Of a DNA stretch of 64,000 bases, positions 1 to 8,686 are shown in pieces (position 1 is the first letter of the stretch; each line of letters begins with the position of its first letter). The notes beneath the pieces are model-generated. The model was given only the letters and a program-made list of their open reading frames with translations. It was not told the DNA's origin and did not search any database. Source of the stretch: a virus. A program made the translations under genes and the position numbers. The stretch is from IMG/VR virus record IMGVR_UViG_3300018080_000100. One strand, given 5' to 3'.

Positions 1-1539
1 CGTCTCGTTGTCCGTGTACACGGCGAAGACATCCACTGGAATCTTCTTCTCCAGGGCGTACTTCATAGGCAACGCACAGTCGGTGCTACCCATCGTGTGC
101 GCGAACATCGTGTCAACGACGACATCCAAAGGCGTGTCCGCAGATAGCGGAGCAACCTTTCTATGGCGATCGCGACCGTACGCGTAGCGATTCGTAGCCG
201 TGCCGCCCTTGCACAGGTCGACAAACGTGTCGGCGAAGCCGTGGCAGTACCACCGCTGCTCCGTACGCATCGTCACCATGGCCATGGCGCCTGCCGCTTG
301 CGCGCAGGTGAGCAACGTGCCAGCGCATGAGCTACTCATCGACCCGCTGACGTCCAGTCCGAGAAGCCAACGCTTACCCGTCGGCTCCACGTTCTTGAAC
401 GACAGGTCAAACGCTTTGTCGAGCGCTGTCCCGACCTGAGGCACGGGGCTCCAGGTCAGTTTCCCTCTCACGCCGTGACCCGCCTTGTACGTGGTTAGGG
501 CCAGCAAGACCGAGACAGGATGGACGCGCGCCTTCTGGATGAGTTCCTGATTGAGCAAGCGTTCGCAGACAGTCTGCGCCGCGTTGCTCATCGGCCCGAT
601 GAGGCCGATGTTGGTCATCTTGCCGAGGTTGCGCACCATTGCGCCCATCGGCATCTTGTGCAGCAACGCCTCCCAGACCTTGGGAGAGTTCAGGAACTGG
701 GTCGGAATGCACTCGCGGACGAGATCGTACTCCTCGATGAGTTTGACGATCTCGTCTGGCGACGTGGCGCGCTTCGCATGCGTTACGGCCGCAAGCAGTT
801 GCCGGTGGGGTTTCTCGTCTGTCAGCCAGTTGCTGAACCCAGCGCCAGCGCGGACCGTCTCGTACAACCGCGTGCGATCACCGAGGTCGAAGTCTGCGGG
901 CTTGTCGTCCAGATTCACCAGCTTACCGATCGAGTACGAGATGACTTCACGAAGATCGGGATCGTTCGTGGTGGCGTGCGAGCGCCGGAGCGCATCAGCG
1001 TGCGTTTCGCCCTCGCGCTGCTGATACTTAGTCACCTGGTACGCAAGCGCGCGTGCGTCCTTCTGCAGGTACCACGCGGCCACGGCGTCTCGAAGCGTAC
1101 GCCCCCAGCCTCGAAACTCCTCCACGTCGGCAAGGAAGGCGAACAACTGCGTGCCCGTTCGGCATACCTTCGGTATGGCCGCTAGCGCACACTTGCGTAC
1201 TTCCTTGTCTTTGTGCCCGGACAGGTATGCCAGGCTGAACGTGATCGGCGCGATCTTTGGCGCAAGTCCCGATACGCTCATGGCGGTGATGATGCTGACC
1301 AGCTTTTCGTGGTCTTCGGCGGCGCATTCATCGATCACCTTGACGTTGTCTCGTGTGAGTTTCTGTTCCTTGATGTAGTACGTGCCGCCTTCGGCACCAA
1401 GAACCAGAAAACGGTCAAGCCGATCCCACTTGTCAGCCTGGAAGCTGAATCCACCAGCGGAATTCTTGACTTGTCTCTCGTCGGCCTGCACGGTTTGTGG
1501 TGTGTTCCGACGACTGGTGTGTTGAGCGTATTTGCTCAT
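1..1539 (-). CDS. rsr: Ro60/TROVE-domain protein with C-terminal vWA domain (Rsr-like); C-terminus runs off the window
   Basis: The supplied track missed it because there is no stop in the window. Reverse-complement translation from ATG at 1539 (RBS AAGGAGGG) gives MSKYAQHTSRRNTPQTVQADERQVKNSAGGFSFQADKWDRLDRFLVLGAEGGT, a typical TROVE N-terminus. YKAGHGVRGKLTWSPVP lies around 440-490. The vWA MIDAS motif GLDVSGSMSS lies around 330-360. Confidence 0.8.
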   Translation of the reverse strand, partial: MSKYAQHTSRRNTPQTVQADERQVKNSAGGFSFQADKWDRLDRFLVLGAEGGTYYIKEQKLTRDNVKVIDECAAEDHEKLVSIITAMSVSGLAPKIAPITFSLAYLSGHKDKEVRKCALAAIPKVCRTGTQLFAFLADVEEFRGWGRTLRDAVAAWYLQKDARALAYQVTKYQQREGETHADALRRSHATTNDPDLREVISYSIGKLVNLDDKPADFDLGDRTRLYETVRAGAGFSNWLTDEKPHRQLLAAVTHAKRATSPDEIVKLIEEYDLVRECIPTQFLNSPKVWEALLHKMPMGAMVRNLGKMTNIGLIGPMSNAAQTVCERLLNQELIQKARVHPVSVLLALTTYKAGHGVRGKLTWSPVPQVGTALDKAFDLSFKNVEPTGKRWLLGLDVSGSMSSSCAGTLLTCAQAAGAMAMVTMRTEQRWYCHGFADTFVDLCKGGTATNRYAYGRDRHRKVAPLSADTPLDVVVDTMFAHTMGSTDCALPMKYALEKKIPVDVFAVYTDNET

Positions 1540-1585
1540 ACTCTGACCCTCCTTGAGGATGTGTTTCAGCGCAGTCGTTGCGCCG

Positions 1586-1625
1586 TAAAGAAAAACAGGG
1601 CTCCTGGCGGGCGCCAGGAGCCCTG
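1586..1625 (-). terminator. rho-independent terminator downstream of the 1630..1833 gene
   Basis: Perfect 13-bp stem CAGGGCTCCTGGCG/CGCCAGGAGCCCTG at 1596-1625, followed on the minus strand by TTTTTCTTTAC. Confidence 0.6.
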
Positions 1626-1629
1626 TACG

Positions 1630-1833
1630 CTACTCCGAGATCATGCCAACGACGTCGGCGAGGCTGTTCGCAAAGAACAACTCCGCCTGTGTCGCGCACT
1701 CTCCTTTGCAGGTCCATTGCCCTTCGCGCGTCGCCACTGACTTGTTGTTATCTGCAGGAATAGGGGCCTGGCAGATGAAACAGCGGGTCATAAGCGTGCC
1801 GGCGGGCGTGATAGTCGCTTCAGTGATGGGCAT
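1630..1833 (-). CDS. small zinc-ribbon-like protein (CxxC...CxxxC); may instead start at the internal Met, 1630..1791
   Basis: The ORF has RCFICQ and CKGEC cysteine pairs. An ATGA overlap with the upstream gene stop at 1788-1791 suggests translational coupling from the internal Met. Confidence 0.35.
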   Translation of the reverse strand: MPITEATITPAGTLMTRCFICQAPIPADNNKSVATREGQWTCKGECATQAELFFANSLADVVGMISE

Positions 1834-2102
1834 TTCTCACTCCGCGGAAACGGACAGGTGAAAGAGGAAAATTCGTGCATTACCAACTCCAGGAATGCTG
1901 CGATGACAGCGAGCTGTTTACCTGGGACCTCAGCGAGGTCGGGGTGGTCTGGCCATACGCCATTGACGTGCATCGCATTACACATTGCGCAGTGTGCCTT
2001 GTCCGTCCGTTCTTCAAACGCAGCACACTCAAGAGTACAACTAGGGAACTCACCGCAATGCCACCCGTACATGGAGCCGATAAACCTGGTACGATCCGAC
2101 AT
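1788..2102 (-). CDS. small Cys/His-rich (zinc-finger-like) protein
   Basis: Start ATG at 2102 (MSDRTRF) is preceded by GGAGGT. Contains HCGEFPSCTLEC...HCAMC. Confidence 0.35.
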   Translation of the reverse strand: MSDRTRFIGSMYGWHCGEFPSCTLECAAFEERTDKAHCAMCNAMHVNGVWPDHPDLAEVPGKQLAVIAAFLELVMHEFSSFTCPFPRSEKCPSLKRLSRPPARL

Positions 2103-2210
2103 AGCTACCTCCATGCTTATCGGAATGATTGTCCCCGACCCGGAGGCCGGGAATGCCGCGGGTCTAAACGGCATCAAGTAATAATGCCAGGAAAGAAGGC
2201 GTTGTTCACA

Positions 2211-2543
2211 CTAGACAACGCGGCGCTGGACAGCCTTAGATTTGTCGCGCCATTGGATTTTCAGACCCGTGCAACCAAGACGCTCCTTGAGCGCAGCCTG
2301 TTGCTCCTCGGGCATTGCCATGATGGCCTGTTTGATCGCGGCGTAGTTGAGCGCACCCTGCGCACGCTTGCGTATCTTCGTACGCCGCCGACGGCTACCA
2401 CAGCCGCCGCAGCGCTTCGGCGGCTGCGATTTCACGGGCGCAGTCAGGCGCGGCGGGTTGGCGACGCACGGAAACTCCTTGAATGCCGGATCATCGACCA
2501 TGCGATCGATCAGCTGCTGAGATACCAAGAGTATGCGCGCCAT
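2211..2543 (-). CDS. hypothetical basic protein
   Basis: 110-aa ORF with a CGGCGSRRRR stretch. No recognisable domain. Confidence 0.35.
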   Translation of the reverse strand: MARILLVSQQLIDRMVDDPAFKEFPCVANPPRLTAPVKSQPPKRCGGCGSRRRRTKIRKRAQGALNYAAIKQAIMAMPEEQQAALKERLGCTGLKIQWRDKSKAVQRRVV

Positions 2544-2550
2544 GCTGAGC

Positions 2551-2982
2551 CTACGTGGATACCGCGACGTAAGGCGCTGCAGCCTGCAGCTCCTGTCCGT
2601 CTTTGACAGTTTGCACCAGTTCGTCGACCTGCGTCTTGATCAAGTCCCAGATCGCGTTCGCAATCGTCTCGCTGTCGACCACCAGGTCGATGTAATGCAA
2701 GCGGAAGCCTGCTGGACTGGTGTCGTCCTCGGGCTCGCCGATGGGTAGTTCTTCCAGGTCGGGCCAGGAACAGACTCCAGAGAAGAAACTCTCGAGCTGG
2801 CCCTGCAAATTGAGCGGTTTCTGGTAGTAGCGGAAGATCTCGCGGTCGATTCCGCACGGTTCGGAGGCCTCGATGCGGATACGAAAGCCCACATGCGTCC
2901 CGATGACGTAGTCAACCTGGAATTGAGGCGTGAGTGTGACCCGGATATTGGCGCCACAACTGCTTGAGCTTGAGTCTGCCAT
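2551..2982 (-). CDS. hypothetical protein
   Basis: 143-aa ORF. GGAGGT RBS 7 nt upstream of ATG. Confidence 0.45.
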   Translation of the reverse strand: MADSSSSSCGANIRVTLTPQFQVDYVIGTHVGFRIRIEASEPCGIDREIFRYYQKPLNLQGQLESFFSGVCSWPDLEELPIGEPEDDTSPAGFRLHYIDLVVDSETIANAIWDLIKTQVDELVQTVKDGQELQAAAPYVAVST

Positions 2983-3025
2983 CCTGACCTCCGTGTCAAA
3001 GCGCTATTACAGCAGGCTTCCAGCA

Positions 3026-5035
3026 TTATACAGCAACTCGTCTGCCTTTCGAAACTCCTCCTGGCTTCCATCCGGGCATGCCTGTATGCAGTTCATTCAG
3101 CCCTCTGCGGCCCACGCTCGACGTGTTCACGTGTGACTTACGGTGGTTCCACGCCGCGGTGCGGTAACCTTGCTGCCACAGCTGCAGTCCGACCGTGTAA
3201 TCGCCTCCGTTGTGCCCGATATCGGGGTCTGGGATCATAGCTTCGCGCATAGCGGCTGTTTCGAGCGCCCAGAAGCCACCTGCAGCGAAGAAAACGTGCT
3301 GCGCATTGGGCGCTTCGGTCTTCTGCTTCGTCTGGAGCTGCCGGCCACGCCACCACGGGCGCTTCTTGGCCCATGCCAATTGCGCTGGATTCATGGTCCA
3401 GAAGCGCAAATCGCCGACCATGCGCGCCTTTTTCACGTATTCGTTGATGATTTTGGACGCCAGATGCGGATACCAGTCCGCATCGCGGTTCGCGATCGAG
3501 TCATCGTCGAACCAGACGATCCATTTCGTGTCGATCGGGTTGTTTTCATCCCAGAACAGCTGGCGCATGGCCGGATATTTCTTCCGGTTGTCGTCGTTCA
3601 GGATCAGCGTGTGCAGTTGACCCTCGTCGCGGAGGTCTTCGAGCCACTTTCGCGTCGACATGCACACCTGATTCGTTGCAATACGGATGTCGCGGCGCGC
3701 TGGAGACGTCGTTTTGAGGATACTGCCCAGGCAAGCGCGGTGCATATCCGGATAATCGCCGTACATCAGGATGCAAATGGTCATTTTGCCGCCAATTATC
3801 ACGTGATCGAGCACATTATCGACCGCGCGCTTCCCTCTGCCCTTTTTCGCCTTCCGTTCGCCCTGAAAAGCGTGCAAGAGCGCCGGCACATCGGCTTTCG
3901 GCGGGATTGTGACCGTCTTGGCGGCCTTTTTGCTGATGATTTGGTCCGCTGGCGCGAACAAATCGACCGAATTGGGCACCAAGACGCGCTTCGGGGGCGC
4001 TTCTGCCTTCGGAAGCACCAATTCCTTCGGTTTTCCGATCGGCGGCAGCGTGCCATCGTCGTAATAGCTCATGACAGCCTCCAAAACGTGATCGACAGTG
4101 ACCATTTTCAAGCATTCTGGGATCTTTTGGCCGTAGCCATCGTCGACAGGGCGCTTGCAGTATGATCTATGCTTGTCCTTCTGCGTATGCAGGATCTTGT
4201 TTTTCCAGCAGCCGCGGTCCTTACAGCAGTCCAACAGGCCCTGCGTGTGCAAATATCGATGCGGAACCTTCACTGATTGCGAATACGGCCCGAAATTCTC
4301 CACGCCAGCCACGTTGACGTATGCTTCCCACCACCAATGCTCTCGTCCGCCGGCCAGAACCACGCAAGGCTTATCGAAAGCGGCCGCCATGTGCATGAAA
4401 CAGGTGACCGGGCACACGATTCCCTCTGCATGGTAGACCAGCCACAGCACGTCGCGAAGGTTCGTCTTACCGACGAGGTCCATGGCGCCGTCGACAGGCG
4501 GGTTGACGTTGCCCTTATGGTTAGCGCCACAACGGACCATATGCAGGTTTTGCGCGCGCATTGCGTCAGCAAGCTGCTGCCAGCGCTGCGCGGACCACGC
4601 TTTCGTCGTGAAGTCCGACTTGTTGCCCGGTACGAGCAGCCAATAGCGCCCAGACAGCGGCGGATTCTTGTAATGCCACTCATCGAGGTGCAGATCGCCC
4701 TTCGGATGCAGGCACGGCACCGGCTGTCCGCACCGTTTCTGGAAGTCTCGGTGGAACGCCGTGACGAAATGCAGCTTCTTCCTGTTCGCCTCGGAGATGT
4801 ACTTGCCGTAGTTCAGATGAACCTGCTGCATATCACGCGGTACGTGGCCATGGTTGCCCGCGATATGCGGATTGTGGTTCCACAGCGTCTTACAATGTGT
4901 CGCCACGTGTATCTCGTACTTGCCGGGGTAGGCCAGCGAGATATCGCGCACGAGACCGGTCAGGCAAGTGATGTCGCCGGGCGCGCAGCCGTGGGTGATG
5001 ACGATAGGTTGGGCTGATTTTGATCTCATGATCAA
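3026..5035 (-). CDS. two-domain glycosyltransferase (N-terminal GT9 heptosyltransferase-like, C-terminal GT2/GT-A-like)
   Basis: The N-terminal half looks like ADP-heptose:LPS heptosyltransferase, with a C-terminal G-rich nucleotide-sugar pocket (VVLAGGREHWWWEAY). The C-terminal half has GT-A hallmarks (ILMYGDY...WIVWFDDDS, DxD-like DDD). Annotated start is TTG; ATG at 5029 (MRSKS) lies inside the palindromic element. Confidence 0.6.
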   Translation of the reverse strand: MIMRSKSAQPIVITHGCAPGDITCLTGLVRDISLAYPGKYEIHVATHCKTLWNHNPHIAGNHGHVPRDMQQVHLNYGKYISEANRKKLHFVTAFHRDFQKRCGQPVPCLHPKGDLHLDEWHYKNPPLSGRYWLLVPGNKSDFTTKAWSAQRWQQLADAMRAQNLHMVRCGANHKGNVNPPVDGAMDLVGKTNLRDVLWLVYHAEGIVCPVTCFMHMAAAFDKPCVVLAGGREHWWWEAYVNVAGVENFGPYSQSVKVPHRYLHTQGLLDCCKDRGCWKNKILHTQKDKHRSYCKRPVDDGYGQKIPECLKMVTVDHVLEAVMSYYDDGTLPPIGKPKELVLPKAEAPPKRVLVPNSVDLFAPADQIISKKAAKTVTIPPKADVPALLHAFQGERKAKKGRGKRAVDNVLDHVIIGGKMTICILMYGDYPDMHRACLGSILKTTSPARRDIRIATNQVCMSTRKWLEDLRDEGQLHTLILNDDNRKKYPAMRQLFWDENNPIDTKWIVWFDDDSIANRDADWYPHLASKIINEYVKKARMVGDLRFWTMNPAQLAWAKKRPWWRGRQLQTKQKTEAPNAQHVFFAAGGFWALETAAMREAMIPDPDIGHNGGDYTVGLQLWQQGYRTAAWNHRKSHVNTSSVGRRGLNELHTGMPGWKPGGVSKGRRVAV

Positions 5036-5039
5036 ATTT
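5017..5039. promoter_or_regulatory. copy 1 of a 23-bp imperfect palindromic element (ATTTTGATCTCATGATCAAATTT)
   Basis: Arms ATTTGATC/GATCAAAT around ATGA. Overlaps the stop of the 5039 gene and the start of the glycosyltransferase gene. Confidence 0.5.
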
Positions 5040-6133
5040 TACCACTTCCATTTCGGACAGTGCTCTGTCGCTACGCGGATCTTGTTGCGAATCGGGTTGT
5101 CTGGCTCGTAGCCGTCGAGCAGCTCCTCCAGCCGTTCTTCGTCACCGCGTAGTCCGCTGCAGCACTCGGCCGTGCACCGGGCGTCTTTCAAGTGCTCGCA
5201 GCACATGCAGAGCTTGTCGTAGATCAGCTCCACGGTCGCCTGGTCGCGCACGGCGTTGTGCTTGTTGTGCCACTGCTGCAAGCCGCGCGCATACCTGTGT
5301 GACTGTCGCGGCGACGGGTCGCCCGCACGCTGCAGCCGTGCCGGGCCGTGCCTCGGGAACTCGATACGCGGCATGTAATACGGCAGCGGATCCGACAATT
5401 CGACGCTGGGGTCCCACATAGGCAGCCGTATATCCAAGATACGCGCAGCCTCTGACAATTTCCTCTGCGTGACCTCTTCGCTATCCACGGTCAGCTGGTT
5501 CAAATGCAGCCACACGGGCTCGCACCACTCAAAACCGTGCTCAGCTGGTTCCTGCAACAGCTCGAAGTACGGCACGCGTTGTGGCTTGAGCATGATGCTG
5601 TGGGCCTCGTATGCTTTGCAGCTGAGCCTCCCGCGAATCTTTGCGTTGTGAAGGTGCGCCTCCTGTATCTCCTCGGCCTCTGAGTCGTAGCACAGCCATG
5701 TTGGCCAGAACTGCAGTCCGCGCTCGTCAGTCCATCCACGCCCGGCGAACTGGTACCCGTCTAGGAGCGCAGGCGCATTGACGATGCGCGCTGGCATCAC
5801 GTCGCCCTGCAATACAATGACGAAACGCTCTGGTTGGGCCAGTGCGTGGCGGCGCGCCTCGTCGACAATGGCGTGCAGCCGCCGCACCAGCATCAGGCCG
5901 CCGAATGACTCATCTATCTCGAGCAGTTCGACGCCGAGCGCCTTTGCCTGGTCTTCCATCAGGCAGCGATTGCCGGCTGAGAATGCCGGATCTGCGCCAA
6001 ACGGTCCCTGTACGACGACGATTCTGGAAAGCTGGTCGACATTCCTCCGCAGGGCGTCTATTTGCGCTGGAAGCATACGGAAGTTGTGCGACACCAAAGT
6101 GTAAACGATAGTGCTCATGCTACGGCGTAACAA
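5039..6133 (-). CDS. hypothetical protein, possibly glycan-modification associated
   Basis: 364-aa ORF directly upstream of the glycosyltransferase. No clear motif. Confidence 0.45.
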   Translation of the reverse strand: MLRRSMSTIVYTLVSHNFRMLPAQIDALRRNVDQLSRIVVVQGPFGADPAFSAGNRCLMEDQAKALGVELLEIDESFGGLMLVRRLHAIVDEARRHALAQPERFVIVLQGDVMPARIVNAPALLDGYQFAGRGWTDERGLQFWPTWLCYDSEAEEIQEAHLHNAKIRGRLSCKAYEAHSIMLKPQRVPYFELLQEPAEHGFEWCEPVWLHLNQLTVDSEEVTQRKLSEAARILDIRLPMWDPSVELSDPLPYYMPRIEFPRHGPARLQRAGDPSPRQSHRYARGLQQWHNKHNAVRDQATVELIYDKLCMCCEHLKDARCTAECCSGLRGDEERLEELLDGYEPDNPIRNKIRVATEHCPKWKW

Positions 6134-8282
6134 TCGGTGTACATTGTGTCGTCACGGTCGGGATTTGTCCTGTCGGATCGCATCCCTCGTTGACGATGTT
6201 CATGGTCCATGTGATTTCTGGCGGACAATCAGTGCTCTCCACAGGATCACTGACCCACGTCGGGTTGTAGTAATACTGGTTGGGAAACGTTTTCTTACAG
6301 CTGATGCCGCCAACAGAAGCATACCATACTCCGCACCGACATTCGATGATGAGCCACGCCTGCAAGCAATCGCCGCTGCCAGGTACCCAGCTATGGTAGT
6401 AATAGCACGTCTCGCTATCCGGGTTGGTCAGCGCGACATTGGTGAACGTGCCGTTCACGGCTGCGCACCAGCCCGACAGCCCGCTGATAGTGACCGTCAG
6501 CGGGTCACAGCAGGATGCACAGCTGCATTCGTGGCAGCAGCTGAGCGTGAACGTGCCGGTTGCAGAACCGCGCGTGTTCCACGTCAAGGTCGGGTCGTCC
6601 GGCCAATACAGCGAGCTGCTTAGGTCGTCGGAGTGGAACCCGTCGGTCGAGTCTGAGCAGTCAGCGTTCTTCGTAAACGACCAGCGACCCCAGCCTGCCG
6701 CGTAGTCAGTGTAGCAGAGGTACCAATCGCCGTAGCACTGCTTGTAGCGCGGCATACCGTCGTGGAAGCCGTCGATTGTATAGTTGCCAGAGATGTCAGG
6801 ATCACAGCCAGGCGCATCGCACGTCAGCGCATACCCGCCAGCGCCGCAGCTACAGGACCGCGACGACACAGACGACGATGACGACTTCTCGCACTGGCAG
6901 AACCAGATAATCTCGCCGTAGAAGCGCCCAGTGATGCACGGAGGGCCATGATGATCGTCGCCACCGTAGTGGACCCACTCACCATCGCTGGCATCCACTT
7001 CGCCGGGAACGTACGGACACGTGTCGTCGCCCCACTCTTGCTCGCAGTTGGGTGGCTCCATGTCGCGCTCGCACTGGCACCATACCCACGCGCTGCAGCT
7101 GTCCGACATCATGCACGCCTCGCCGGTAGCTATGCCGCCGTCATCAAGATCCTGGTCGAGCACTTGGTTCCAAGGCGGATCGTCGTACAGTACCAAGTCC
7201 CACCAGTACAACGGCACGTTCGGCATCGAACAGCTGCTGTTGGAGATCTCACTGAACGACGACTCGGAGATGTCCGAGAAGCTGGAGTACGAGCCACAGC
7301 AATGCCCGGTCATGATGGTCTCGCCGTAGAAGCGCCCCTGGACAGGCGGCGGACCCAGCTCGATACAACCTCCACGGAAAACCCACTCACCGTCTCCAAT
7401 AGCGCCCTGCTGGCAGTTCGTACCGTCGTCCGGACAGCACGGCAACACCTCGACGACGCCCGATGCACCATTCAAGAGTATGGTGTACTCGCCGATCGGG
7501 CAGTCTGGGTACGCGTCGGCAAGTAACCATGCCTCAGCGGATGCGTCGCCCTTCGTGGATGAGATCAGCCACTCGTCGGGGTCGCCGTCTTCGCCTTCGG
7601 CAAACCAGATCCACCAACTACCGTTCGTGAATGCGGGTTTGTCGCCGTACGTGCCGCTCTCGTTGTACGTACCAAGCGCTGCTGCTGGTGTGGCACCTGG
7701 ACCGAATACGCGCACGCAGTCCTGCAAGCCCGGATACGACAGCGAACCGTCCGAGCACGGGCACCAGGTCCACACACCGCGCGCGCCCTCGCCACACGGT
7801 TCGTCAGGGAAGATGAGCTGCGGCACATAGCCACCCAGATCGAAGTCGCCGTACGGGATCTCCCATGGATGCGGTTGGCCCTCAGGAAAGTCATCGCCGC
7901 ATGAGCCTTCGCCTGGCTGTGGATTCAACGACCACGACGTGTCGCCGCCTTCGCTGCCGTACTCCTGTTCGTCAGGGCACCGGCAGATGATCGAGACCTC
8001 TCCGTAGAAGCGCCCCTCGAAGCACGGTGGGCCTAGGCAGCCGTCGCCGCAGCGCAGATACCAGCCACCTTCGCCAGCGCACGAAGGCTGACAGATGTCG
8101 TCCATCGAACAGGATAGCTCATCGCCTGTACGCTCGCAGTAGTCCCACTCCTGATAGGGCGAACAGCGACACCACACCCAGATAGAGCATTCCGCATTCG
8201 GCATGCTGGTGCTGAATCTTCCATCGGGCTGTTCGAGAATCCAATCAAACGTCGGCATCGAACACGATTTTGGCGCTGCCAT
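6120..8282 (-). CDS. cysteine-rich protein with threefold internal repeat (virion or secreted protein candidate)
   Basis: About 70 Cys in 720 aa. Module GPPC..GRFYGE(I/V)I..C.C occurs three times. The module CSMP...W(V/I)WC(R/Q)C occurs twice. The coding repeat CGCCGTAGAAGCGCCC occurs three times at DNA level (about 6905, 7325, 8005). Confidence 0.6.
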   Translation of the reverse strand: MAAPKSCSMPTFDWILEQPDGRFSTSMPNAECSIWVWCRCSPYQEWDYCERTGDELSCSMDDICQPSCAGEGGWYLRCGDGCLGPPCFEGRFYGEVSIICRCPDEQEYGSEGGDTSWSLNPQPGEGSCGDDFPEGQPHPWEIPYGDFDLGGYVPQLIFPDEPCGEGARGVWTWCPCSDGSLSYPGLQDCVRVFGPGATPAAALGTYNESGTYGDKPAFTNGSWWIWFAEGEDGDPDEWLISSTKGDASAEAWLLADAYPDCPIGEYTILLNGASGVVEVLPCCPDDGTNCQQGAIGDGEWVFRGGCIELGPPPVQGRFYGETIMTGHCCGSYSSFSDISESSFSEISNSSCSMPNVPLYWWDLVLYDDPPWNQVLDQDLDDGGIATGEACMMSDSCSAWVWCQCERDMEPPNCEQEWGDDTCPYVPGEVDASDGEWVHYGGDDHHGPPCITGRFYGEIIWFCQCEKSSSSSVSSRSCSCGAGGYALTCDAPGCDPDISGNYTIDGFHDGMPRYKQCYGDWYLCYTDYAAGWGRWSFTKNADCSDSTDGFHSDDLSSSLYWPDDPTLTWNTRGSATGTFTLSCCHECSCASCCDPLTVTISGLSGWCAAVNGTFTNVALTNPDSETCYYYHSWVPGSGDCLQAWLIIECRCGVWYASVGGISCKKTFPNQYYYNPTWVSDPVESTDCPPEITWTMNIVNEGCDPTGQIPTVTTQCTPIVTP

Positions 8283-8288
8283 CAGCCG

Positions 8289-8672
8289 CTACTCCTTGCG
8301 GACTTTCAGAAATTCCTTTAGCTGCCCGACGGACATACTTCCAACATGATACTTGTATTGCCACTTGCCGTCGACTTTCCAGAACAGAAACAGCTGAGGT
8401 ATCGAGCGCGTCTTTGCCAACTTGGCAGCCTTTGCTGCTGCTTTGGGCTGCTTGTCCACGTCAAATCGGATGTAGCGAACATGATTCAGTCCACCTGCCT
8501 TGCGCACCGCGGGGATGACCTCGTTCTTCATCTCCCTGCACGGCGGACAGCCCTCAGAACCCATTACGATGAATCGCGGCTTCTCTTCCTGCGGCGGATT
8601 GGCGACAGCCATCGCGATGTTGACTGCGTACAGCAAGCCGACGATCGCCAGCAGGTTGTAGATGGTGCGCAT
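8289..8672 (-). CDS. thioredoxin-fold thiol-disulfide oxidoreductase with N-terminal signal/anchor
   Basis: Hydrophobic N-terminus LLAIVGLLYAVNIAMAVA, then a CPPC active-site motif in thioredoxin-like context. Confidence 0.7.
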   Translation of the reverse strand: MRTIYNLLAIVGLLYAVNIAMAVANPPQEEKPRFIVMGSEGCPPCREMKNEVIPAVRKAGGLNHVRYIRFDVDKQPKAAAKAAKLAKTRSIPQLFLFWKVDGKWQYKYHVGSMSVGQLKEFLKVRKE

Positions 8673-8686
8673 AGTTCCCTCCTTGG

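Noticed and set aside
520-1185. Plus-strand ORFs in the track (e.g. 520..1185, 3143..4165, 4277..5017, 6948..7526, 9890..10609, 24423..25106, 26150..26872, 29464..30453, 56476..57360)
   Set aside because: All lie antisense to well-supported minus-strand genes and have Arg/Ala-rich, GC-driven composition typical of shadow ORFs. No RBS or domain evidence.
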